Below, one piece after another: positions 1-7,474 of a stretch of 64,000 nucleotides of DNA. The stretch is from an uncultured Candidatus Saccharibacteria bacterium (GTDB taxonomy: Bacteria > Patescibacteriota > Minisyncoccia > Phycocordibacterales > EsbW-18): NCBI GenBank assembly GCA_964478705.1, contig CAYZIR010000005.1, positions 508-64,507 of the forward strand, given 5' to 3'. The notes beneath the pieces were generated by a model. It made no database searches, was not told the DNA's origin, and saw only the letters and a program-made list of their open reading frames with translations. Position 1 is the stretch's first letter, and each line of letters begins with the position of its first letter. Both the position numbers and the translations under genes were made by a program.

Positions 1-1082
1 AACATCGTTTGATGTGTCGCTCACGACTTCTACACGACACGATTCCTGAATCTGTGTGTTTGTGAACGTACAGGTCACCTCTTCTCCTTCTGAGAGCTCA
101 ACAGTAACTTCACCGTCATCACCAACCGACTGGTCCGTACAGCTGATTTGTGGGTATTCCCATCCTTCAGGAACGATTTCCGAAATCGTGTGTGAACCTA
201 CGCCAAGCGCCTGAGTCGTTGACGCTCCGTCACCAAGAGATCCTGCTGATTCTTGGTTAACGAAAAATTCAAAGGTAGCTTCTTGGTTGCTTCCTTCTGC
301 AATCTCCTTAACGATTGTGATTGAACCGCCCTGTGCGACCTCTTCACATTCGTTAGCGTGGATTGCCTGGCCCTCTGCGTCCCAGTTCTTACCAGGGAAA
401 TAGAATGGGATGATAACGATCTTGTACCAGAATGGAGGAATGATGTCCCCGCTGTGGCCGTTGTGACCGTTGTTCAACTTGAGGATGGAGTTGATCGAAG
501 GGCTTTGTGAGACCCATCCGTTACCGTTGTTTGCGTGACAGATATCAACATTTGAAGGAAACGATGGAAGATTGATAAATGCAGCAAAACCTTCTGTTGA
601 AGGTCCTTCTGTAAGCTCTTCACAAGCGTCACCGACGCCGTTTTCATCTGCATCTGTCTGATCTTCGTTTGGTGTGATCGGACAGTTGTCGTCCTCATCT
701 CCAACACCATCATCGTCGAGATCTCCGTTGCCATTGTCGTCGCCTTCAGGAGCCTTTTTGTTGTTTGAAGGACCTGAAATTGATGCGCCCTGAACTTCAG
801 GAGCAGGCTGTGAGTCGTCTACCGAATCGCACGCGTCTCCGACATCATCGCCGTCAACGTCCGACTGGTCGGTGTTCGCATCTGCTGGGCAGTTGTCTGT
901 GTCATCGTTCACACCATCGTCGTCCGCGTCGAGATCGACGGGTTCAACCGGTTCGGTTGATTCGTCGACAACCGGAGCATCTTCTGCTTTTACAGAATTA
1001 GGTGATGAATAAAAAAGACCCGCCATCAAAACGAGTGCGAGCACGAGAAGACCCGTTGTCCAGGCAAAGCCGGCATTGGATC
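1..1082 (-). CDS. Secreted protein with thrombospondin type-3 (Ca-binding) repeats, 5'-partial in window (C-terminus runs off the window edge)
   Basis: Minus-strand ATG at 1082 gives MKLRSNAGFAWTTGLLVLALVLMAGLF (signal peptide), then two DxDxDGxxDxxDNCP...Q.D.D.DG.GDACD repeats (DLDADDDGVNDDTDNCPADANTDQSDVDGDDVGDACD; DLDDDGVGDEDDNCPITPNEDQTDADENGVGDACEE). No stop before position 1, so absent from ORF track. The plus ORF 765..1001 is antisense and spurious. Confidence 0.6.
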
Positions 1083-1388
1083 GAAGTTTCATTGTAAGTT
1101 GTGTATACGACATATTGATAATCAAGGTCTTTAAGACCTCTAATAAAATTCCTATAAAGGTTTAGACAAGACGACGTAGCAACCTTCCCTAGTTCGGGAA
1201 AGTTTTAGCAAAGAACCCTCTTCTGAGAAGACCTCAAAAGCTTGAACTTGATAATAGCAAGATACAAGCTCATGTCAATGATTACGGACATGCTATTCGT
1301 TGAAAATAAAGGACGATTTTGGCATTCTAGGACATAAAATGGTTTTAAAGGACATTCTGAATCAGCTCGTTTTATAGGATACAAATCT

Positions 1389-1419
1389 AAAGGACATTTA
1401 TAGAAATTTTATGTCCTTT
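1389..1419. promoter_or_regulatory. Perfect 9-bp inverted repeat AAAGGACAT-N13-ATGTCCTTT upstream of valS, plus two more direct copies of AGGACAT(A/T) at 1329..1338 and 1347..1357
   Basis: Seen directly in sequence. Candidate operator/transcription-factor site in the 400-bp valS upstream region. Confidence 0.4.
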
Positions 1420-1535
1420 ATAAAAGACACCCCAAAGACATTTTGTGAGACATTACTATCCACACCTTATACACAATGACTTTTTGAATGCAAAAAGTTT
1501 TTGTTCCCGAAAAAAATAGCGCCTGCCGTGGTATT

Positions 1536-3653
1536 ATGATTTTTATGATTCCCGATAAATTCCTGAAACCGTACAATCCGAAAGAAACCGAACCGGCTAT
1601 ATACAAAATCTGGGAGGAAAGTGACTATTTCAATCCCGACAATCTTCCCTCAGAAAACAAGGAGACGTTCACGATTATCATGCCTCCACCAAACGCCAAC
1701 GGCTCGCTCCACGCGGGTCATGCGGTGTTTGTGACCATTGAAGACTTGATTATTCGTTTTGAGCGTATGCGTGGAAAACGTGCGTTGTGGCTTCCTGGTG
1801 CGGATCATGCGGGATTTGAGACACAGGTGGTATACGAGAAGAAACTTGAAAAAGAAGGGCGAACCCGTTTTGGCATGGATCCGAAACAATTGCGTGAGGA
1901 AATCATGGAATTTACGCTCGCAAACAAATCATTCATGGAAGGCCAGCTACGCCAGCTCGGTGCATCGTGCGATTGGGGTCGCGAGAAATTCACGCTTGAT
2001 CCCGACATCATCAATATTGTCTACGATACGTTTGAAACTCTCCATAAGGACGGGCTGGTTTACCGTGGCAAAAAAAGCATCAACTGGTGCACAAAGCACC
2101 AAACCTCTCTCTCTGAACTTGAAACGAAGAGTGAGGAACGTGTCGATCCGCTCTACTACATGAAGTACGGACCGTTTGTCCTTGCAACCGTTCGCCCGGA
2201 AACAAAATTCGGTGACACCGCACTTGCAGTGCATCCCGATGATGCTCGGTACAAAGAATGGATTGGAAAAGAAATTGAGTTTGAGGGATTGATTGGCCCT
2301 GTGAAGCTTAAAGTGATTGCTGATGAGTACGTCGATCCTGCATTCGGTACCGGTGTCGTTAAGATCACGCCTGCTCACGACCCCAACGACTTTGCAATGG
2401 CACAACGCCACGATCTTCCTATTGTTGAAGTAATCGACCAGTATGGAAAGCTCAACGAGAAATGTGGAAAATATGCGGGGCTCAAAGTCGAAGAGGCGCG
2501 GGCAATCATCGCGCAAGATCTCGAAGCTGCGGGCATGCTTGAAAAAGTAGATGCTGAATACAGACACAGTGTGAAGAAGTGCTACAAATGTGAACGTATT
2601 CTTGAACCGCGCGTCCTCCCACAGTGGTTTGTGAATATGAAGCCACTCGCCGAGCCAGTCATTAAGGCGATTGAGCGCGATGAAATCACCTTCTATCCTG
2701 ACCACTATAAAAAGATCATGCTCCACTGGCTGACAAATATTGAAGATTGGAATGTTTCTCGCCAGATTGCATGGGGAATCCCGATTCCTGCATGGTACAA
2801 GGGAGACGAAGTGTGTATCAGCAAAGAAAGACCAAACGGAGATGGTTGGGTCGCTGAAACAGACACTTTCGATACCTGGTTCTCCTCGGGCCAGTGGCCG
2901 TTCGCAGTCCTCGGCTATCCAGAGAATGCGGATTATAAGAACTTCTACCCAACCCAGGTGATGGAGACCGCAGGAGAGATTATCTTTTTCTGGGTCGCAC
3001 GTATGCTTATGTTCGGTCTCTATCGCACCGGCAAACTCCCCTTCTCAACCGTGTACCTCCACGGTATCGTCACCGCAAAAGACGGTCAAAAGATGAGCAA
3101 GAGTAAAGGTAATGTCATTAGCCCGCTTGAGCTCTCTGACAAATATGGCACTGACGCCCTTCGCATGGGACTCACCATCGGCAACACACCTGGGACAACC
3201 ACTGCGCTCTACGAAGACAAAATCAAGGCGTATAAGCTTTTCTCGAATAAACTCTGGAACATTACCCGTTTCGTGCTTGAAAACACTGACAGCATGCCCG
3301 ACACAACGTCAGTCGATACACCAAGCGATACCGCGCGTCGAAATGAACTCGCGACACTCGTACAGGAAGTGACGACAGACATTGAAAACTATCGCTTCTA
3401 CATGGCGGGAGAAAAACTCTATCATTACGTCTGGCACACATTTGCGGACGATATCATCGAAGAGAGTAAATCGATTCTGAAGGGAGAAGATATCCCCGCA
3501 CGCGATTCCCGAAAGGCGCTCCTTATTGATATCCTGAAGACATCGCTGGCACTGTTGCATCCGTTTATGCCCTTCATTACCGAAGAGATTTGGGGACACA
3601 TGCCGGGAACAAATGGAAATCTCTTGATGATTTCGCCGTGGCCTCGCGCATAA
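1536..3653 (+). CDS. valS: Valyl-tRNA synthetase (short form without C-terminal coiled coil)
   Basis: PPPNANGSLHAGHA (HIGH-type) and KMSKSKGN motifs; ValRS-like editing/CP1 region. Start moved to ATG 1536 (MIFMIPDKF..) rather than 1488. Confidence 0.88.
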   Translation: MIFMIPDKFLKPYNPKETEPAIYKIWEESDYFNPDNLPSENKETFTIIMPPPNANGSLHAGHAVFVTIEDLIIRFERMRGKRALWLPGADHAGFETQVVYEKKLEKEGRTRFGMDPKQLREEIMEFTLANKSFMEGQLRQLGASCDWGREKFTLDPDIINIVYDTFETLHKDGLVYRGKKSINWCTKHQTSLSELETKSEERVDPLYYMKYGPFVLATVRPETKFGDTALAVHPDDARYKEWIGKEIEFEGLIGPVKLKVIADEYVDPAFGTGVVKITPAHDPNDFAMAQRHDLPIVEVIDQYGKLNEKCGKYAGLKVEEARAIIAQDLEAAGMLEKVDAEYRHSVKKCYKCERILEPRVLPQWFVNMKPLAEPVIKAIERDEITFYPDHYKKIMLHWLTNIEDWNVSRQIAWGIPIPAWYKGDEVCISKERPNGDGWVAETDTFDTWFSSGQWPFAVLGYPENADYKNFYPTQVMETAGEIIFFWVARMLMFGLYRTGKLPFSTVYLHGIVTAKDGQKMSKSKGNVISPLELSDKYGTDALRMGLTIGNTPGTTTALYEDKIKAYKLFSNKLWNITRFVLENTDSMPDTTSVDTPSDTARRNELATLVQEVTTDIENYRFYMAGEKLYHYVWHTFADDIIEESKSILKGEDIPARDSRKALLIDILKTSLALLHPFMPFITEEIWGHMPGTNGNLLMISPWPRA

Positions 3654-3668
3654 CATTTCTCTTATCGT

Positions 3669-4352
3669 ATGATCTCTCCACTGGCAGTTGCGTTCGCTCT
3701 CATCGGTGGCATCCTTCCTACATTCGTCTGGTTGTGGTTTTGGCTCCGTGAGGACGCAATGCACCCTGAGCCACGGAAAATGCTCGCTCTGTCATTTGTG
3801 TTCGGAGCATGTGGTGTTGCAGTCGCAATACCGTTTGAACAGGCTGTCGCAACATTTGTGGGAAATCCTCTCTATGTGTTTGCCCTCTGGGCACTCATTG
3901 AGGAAGGTTTGAAATATCTTGCCGCATATTTCGGCGGTATGCATACACGCGCAGAAGATGAGCCTATTGATGCAATGATCTACCTCATCACCGCGGCGCT
4001 CGGTTTTGCGGCCGCTGAAAATACGCTCTTCATCCTGCAACCACTCCTTACAGGAGATATCTTTACAGGATTCGTGACACTGAACATACGCTTCATCGGA
4101 ACAACATTACTCCACATTCTTTCATCCGCCTTCATTGGTGCGGCAGTTGCCTTTTCGTTCTACAAGAACGCGCGAATACGACATGAACACCTGCTCTGGG
4201 GATTTCTCGGAGCATCTGCATTGCATGCGCTCTTTAATTTCCTTATACTTCATACAGGCTCACGTGGTATATTTTTTGTATTCCTCTCAATTTGGGTCTC
4301 TATTGTTGGGCTTCTCTTGATATTCGAACGCGTCAAACGCATCCGAAAATAA
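3669..4352 (+). CDS. PrsW-family intramembrane metalloprotease
   Basis: Multi-TM protein with EEGLKY, FAAAEN and HALFNF motifs typical of PrsW/CPBP-like proteases. Confidence 0.65.
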   Translation: MISPLAVAFALIGGILPTFVWLWFWLREDAMHPEPRKMLALSFVFGACGVAVAIPFEQAVATFVGNPLYVFALWALIEEGLKYLAAYFGGMHTRAEDEPIDAMIYLITAALGFAAAENTLFILQPLLTGDIFTGFVTLNIRFIGTTLLHILSSAFIGAAVAFSFYKNARIRHEHLLWGFLGASALHALFNFLILHTGSRGIFFVFLSIWVSIVGLLLIFERVKRIRK

Positions 4353-4440
4353 ATTTATTGGCTGATTACTGTATTTGTTCATTCGAAAAAAGCGTGACTG
4401 GAACGAATACACTAATCAACTAACAAACGAATCAACACAT

Positions 4441-4902
4441 ATGAAACGTTCTTTCTTCCAACGCCTCACTGGAGCAATCAATACGGATGACGAATTTTTT
4501 ATTGACGACTCTGAACCGGTCGTGAAGCGTTCAGGTGAGCGTCTCCTCTCGCTCGCAGAAGACAAAGAGCAAGAAGCGGAGCTCGCGGTTGATGTGAGTC
4601 AAACACCAAACGAAATCATCATCAAAACCATGGTTGCTGGCGTAAGTCCTGATGAACTTGAAGTTTCAATAAGCCAAGAGATGGTCATCATTAAGGGATC
4701 ACGACGACAAGCATACGAAGTTGATGACAATGACTACTTCCACAAAGAACTCTACTGGGGTGCATTTGCCCGAACCATTCTTCTCCCTGCGGAAGTAAAA
4801 TCTGAAGATGCGGTTGCTGAAATCAAACACGGTCTTCTCACTATCCGCCTTCCAAAGATCGACAAGCAAAAGCAGACGAAGCTTCGTATCAAGACGATAT
4901 AA
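4441..4902 (+). CDS. Hsp20/alpha-crystallin small heat-shock protein
   Basis: Alpha-crystallin domain (..IIIKTMVAGVSPDELEVSISQEMVIIKG...GAFARTILLPAEV..AEIKHGLLTIRLPK). Start at ATG 4441 (MKRSFFQRL). Confidence 0.8.
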   Translation: MKRSFFQRLTGAINTDDEFFIDDSEPVVKRSGERLLSLAEDKEQEAELAVDVSQTPNEIIIKTMVAGVSPDELEVSISQEMVIIKGSRRQAYEVDDNDYFHKELYWGAFARTILLPAEVKSEDAVAEIKHGLLTIRLPKIDKQKQTKLRIKTI

Positions 4903-4912
4903 CAAAAACTCC

Positions 4913-4932
4913 CCTTTCGGGGAGTTTTTGTT
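4913..4932 (+). terminator. Rho-independent terminator after hsp20
   Basis: AAAAACTCCCCTTTCGGGGAGTTTTTGTT hairpin plus T-run. Confidence 0.7.
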
Positions 4933-4950
4933 ATGTGTGCTTGGGGGCGG

Positions 4951-5110
4951 TTCGGTCACGAATCACTAAGTATTTTGCTCGCTTTGCTCACAAAATCCTA
5001 AGTGTTCTCGACCCCGCCTCGCCCCGCTCTGCGGGGCTCCGGCCTTCGAATCCTTCCCGAAGCTAAAACAAAAGTCGCCGAATGCTGACGCATCCGGCTC
5101 CTTTGTTTTT
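4951..5110 (-). repeat. ~160-bp tRNA-3'-flanking element bounded by 14-bp direct repeats of the tRNA-Phe 3' end
   Basis: GTGCTTGGGGGCGG at 4937..4950 and 5111..5124. Interior has hairpin CAAAACAAAGGAGCCGGATGCGTCAGCATTCGGCGACTTTTGTTTTAG and module GGATTCGAAGGCCGGAGCCCCGCAGAGCGGGGCGAGGCGGGGTCGAGAACACTTAGGATTTTG, homologous to the element 3' of tRNA-Leu(TAA) at 24758..24916. Confidence 0.7.
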
Positions 5111-5111
5111 G

Positions 5112-5185
5112 TGCTTGGGGGCGGATTCGAACCGCCGACCCTCTGCTCTTCAGGCAGATGCTCTAACCAACTGAGCTACCCAAGC
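5112..5185 (-). tRNA. tRNA-Phe (anticodon GAA), CCA not encoded
   Basis: Cloverleaf GCTTGGG/TA/GCTC..GAGC/TCTGC-CTGAAGA-GCAGA/GGCGG-TTCGAAT-CCGCC/CCCAAGC-A read on minus strand. Confidence 0.9.
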
Positions 5186-5186
5186 A

Positions 5187-5270
5187 TAATTCTTCTCTAA
5201 CCAATCCCGACGCTTCGGTCGGGACCCCGACCTCCGCCTTGCGGAGCGTCGGGGCTGAGCTACCCAAGCA
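5187..5270 (-). repeat. Partial tRNA-Phe 5' copy (nt 1-15 plus 16-25) interrupted at D-loop position 15/16 by a 50-nt GC-rich hairpin
   Basis: CTGAGCTACCCAAGCA at 5255..5270 duplicates 5171..5186. Insert TCCCGACGCTTCGGTCGGGACCCCGACCTCCGCCTTGCGGAGCGTCGGGG at 5205..5254. Near-identical insert at tRNA-Thr (60162..60211) and a related one at tRNA-Arg (5844..5903). Confidence 0.75.
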
Positions 5271-5464
5271 AATGAGGATGACACGCAGCGTTTAGGACGA
5301 AGGTTTCGAGGCGAGAGAAAAAGGAAGCTCGCTTACTTTTTCTTGAGACCGAGGAACCGGGAGTCCGAAGCTATGTGGTCCGAACGCCGCTTGGGTATGG
5401 TACTCCATATCCAAGTCTTGCGTATTCGCCATTTTACCACAATTTTCTAGCCTCTCAATGTACG

Positions 5465-5713
5465 CTAAAAACTGAAGAGATTTTTCACATTTGTTTGTGT
5501 TTCCTGGAAACCACCATACACGCCCTGAAGCGTCTCGAGATATGGCTTGAGGAAAAACAAAGCGCCGAACGACACACCGAGAATAACGACCCAATAGACA
5601 ATTTTTATTGCTCTACCCCACAGTGCTCCTCGGTAGAGTTTTTTTAAAAGCTCATTATTTTCTTTTCCAAGCGCAAGCGATTCTCTGAGCATTCGCTGTT
5701 CTTCGGGATTCAT
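5465..5713 (-). CDS. Hypothetical small membrane protein
   Basis: ORF with one hydrophobic helix (IVYWVVILGVSFGALFFL); no recognisable family. Confidence 0.35.
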   Translation of the reverse strand: MNPEEQRMLRESLALGKENNELLKKLYRGALWGRAIKIVYWVVILGVSFGALFFLKPYLETLQGVYGGFQETQTNVKNLFSF

Positions 5714-5828
5714 GACTGAATTATATCATGCATCATTATGATATAGTCGTTTTACGCCCTCATATGAGTACATATGAGATCGGCGTTCGGACAGAATAAA
5801 AGCAAGCTTTCATTCTGCATCCTCACTT

Positions 5829-5916
5829 GCCCTCATAGTTCAAAGCCGACGCTACGAAGTAGGTCTACTCCCCGATTCACGCCTCGCGTGGCGTCGGGGC
5901 TGATAAGAAGGTGTAC
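5829..5916 (+). repeat. Partial tRNA-Arg 5' copy (nt 1-15) followed by a 60-nt GC-rich hairpin insert
   Basis: GCCCTCATAGTTCAA (5829..5843) is identical to tRNA-Arg nt 1-15; insert AGCCGACGCTACGAAG...GGCGTCGGGGCTGA (5844..5903) shares the ends AGCCGACGCT / GCGTCGGGGCTGA with the Phe and Thr inserts. Confidence 0.7.
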
Positions 5917-5918
5917 GC

Positions 5919-5990
5919 GCCCTCATAGTTCAACGGATAGAACAACTCCGTCCTAAGGAGTGGATCTAGGTTCAATTCCTGGTGAGGGCA
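5919..5990 (+). tRNA. tRNA-Arg (anticodon CCT)
   Basis: GCCCTCA acceptor pairs with TGAGGGC; anticodon stem ACTCC/GGAGT; loop GTCCTAA. Confidence 0.85.
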
Positions 5991-6188
5991 CAAAACAAAG
6001 GAGTCGGATGCGTCAGCATTCGGCGAGTTTTGTTTTGTAGCTTCACAACAGGGATTGAAAGTGAGTGCGGGGCACCCCGCCAGTAGGCGGGGTCGCACGA
6101 ACAGGGCCGAGCGGAACGAGGAGCGACGGCGACGAGTGAGCGCTTGGCCAATTCCTGGTGAGGGCACAAAACAAAGGAGTCGGATGCG
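5991..6188 (+). repeat. tRNA-Arg 3'-flanking element bounded by 39-bp direct repeats that include the tRNA 3' end
   Basis: AATTCCTGGTGAGGGCACAAAACAAAGGAGTCGGATGCG at 5974..6012 and 6150..6188. Interior carries hairpin CAAAACAAAGGAGTCGGATGCGTCAGCATTCGGCGAGTTTTGTTTTG and motif GGAGCGACGGCGACGAG. Confidence 0.7.
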
Positions 6189-6204
6189 AATTGCTATCCT
6201 CTTA

Positions 6205-6660
6205 CTACCCTTTTGCAAGAAATCGTCCCAAGCCCCACACACGTCCAGCGTCAAAAGCATGCACAATAAGGAGACCTATTGCGTACACCACGTGCTCATC
6301 AACAATGTAGGCGTGCTCGTTCGGATATGGAAACTGTAAAATCGGAAGATAGTAGAGAGCCATCAAAATAATACCGAGCACCGAGGACAGTCGCGTGAAC
6401 ACGCCGATGATGAGAGAAACCCCAATCAAGGTGAGTCCCCATTCATTCAAGAAATCAACGAACGGTAATACGTTCGGTTGCGCAAAAAACTGAAAGAGCT
6501 CGGGAAACGTTTTCGCGCCGGCAAGATACCCCGCCGATGTCCACGAAGCATCGAGTACTTTTGTAATACCGGCATAAAAGAAAAGCCAACCGAGCGAGAT
6601 GCGGAGCAAAAAGAGGGAGATTCTCTGAAGCATAGATTCTTGATTAGTGGGTAAGATCAC
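6205..6660 (-). CDS. DoxX-family membrane protein
   Basis: 4-TM protein, LRISLGWLFFYAGITK..GLTLIGVSLIIGVFTRL pattern typical of DoxX. Alternative start at 6633. Confidence 0.6.
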   Translation of the reverse strand: MILPTNQESMLQRISLFLLRISLGWLFFYAGITKVLDASWTSAGYLAGAKTFPELFQFFAQPNVLPFVDFLNEWGLTLIGVSLIIGVFTRLSSVLGIILMALYYLPILQFPYPNEHAYIVDEHVVYAIGLLIVHAFDAGRVWGLGRFLAKG

Positions 6661-6745
6661 TATCCACTAAAGTATATCAAAAACGTATCTATCTGTGTGG
6701 GATTCTCGCGCCTCAACCTTGGCTCAAGACAATTTTACGAACCGG

Positions 6746-6816
6746 TGCGAGTAGCGAGAATCGAACTCGCGTCTGATGCTTGGGAAGCATCCATTCTGCC
6801 ACTGAACTATACTCGC
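6746..6816 (-). tRNA. tRNA-Gly (anticodon CCC), CCA not encoded
   Basis: GCGAGTA acceptor, anticodon stem GATGC/GCATC, loop TTCCCAA, TTCGATT T-loop. Confidence 0.85.
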
Positions 6817-6821
6817 AAAAT

Positions 6822-6860
6822 TCAACGGGGTCGCGTTGTACCACTAAACTAATCCCGCGT
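6822..6860 (-). repeat. tRNA-like 5' half fragment upstream of tRNA-Gly
   Basis: GCGGGATTAGTTTAGTGGTACAACGCGACCCC (read on minus strand) looks like an acceptor/D-arm but has no matching 3' half. Confidence 0.4.
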
Positions 6861-6861
6861 A

Positions 6862-7284
6862 TTAGCGTTGCTTCACATAATCCCCACTCCCCCACGAAAA
6901 CCAACCTTTCATACGCGACCAGATACTTTGTGATTCATTGGAGAGCGGTGTATCTTTCTCGTCCGAAAGTATCACAATCACCTCTTCATCTACTTTTGCA
7001 ACACCGAACCGATCTCGAATCTCTGCCTCAACGCCAACATCGGTCGATAAAGATTCTATTTTCGAATCAAGAAACGCCTCACGGTTTTCAAGGTCGCTAT
7101 ACGCCTCTTTGGTTTTCTCAAGTAACACAGCAGTCTTATGGGACTTCTGGTACATGTCCCATGTGTTCCATGCGCTCATAATAATGAACCCCGCAAAGAC
7201 AATGAACGTGAGCGGAGAATACATAAATCGTCGCGCTCGCTGTTTATCGTGAAAATCAATGTTTTTAGCTTTACGAAGAAGCAT
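6862..7284 (-). CDS. Septum formation initiator family protein (FtsB/DivIC-like)
   Basis: Single N-terminal TM, coiled coil, conserved RDRFGVAKVDEEVIV motif. Confidence 0.55.
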   Translation of the reverse strand: MLLRKAKNIDFHDKQRARRFMYSPLTFIVFAGFIIMSAWNTWDMYQKSHKTAVLLEKTKEAYSDLENREAFLDSKIESLSTDVGVEAEIRDRFGVAKVDEEVIVILSDEKDTPLSNESQSIWSRMKGWFSWGSGDYVKQR

Positions 7285-7366
7285 ATTTGGAAAAAAACGA
7301 GAGACGTACTACTATATCCAGCACCAGTGGTTTCTCAAAACCGCACTGATACACTAACCTAACGAT

Positions 7367-7474
7367 ATGCTATTCGACAAAAAAACTCAAAAAGCAGCAA
7401 AGGGGGTCTGGATGGTGATTTGTATTCTTGTCATCATCAGCATGATTCTCCTCTACACTCCGATTTTCGGCTAA
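7367..7474 (+). CDS. Possible 35-aa hydrophobic micro-protein
   Basis: MLFDKKTQKAAKGVWMVICILVIISMILLYTPIFG; single TM; no SD; converges on lepA 3' end. Speculative. Confidence 0.2.
   Translation: MLFDKKTQKAAKGVWMVICILVIISMILLYTPIFG

Noticed and set aside
765-1001. Plus-strand ORF (78 aa, Arg/His-rich)
   Set aside because: It lies antisense within the long minus-strand TSP3-repeat gene. Its low-complexity RHRRQR composition is typical of a spurious frame.
5292-5594. 100-aa minus-strand ORF in the tRNA-Phe/tRNA-Arg intergenic region
   Set aside because: Overlaps the better-supported 5465..5713 membrane ORF and has no SD; likely a non-coding spacer.
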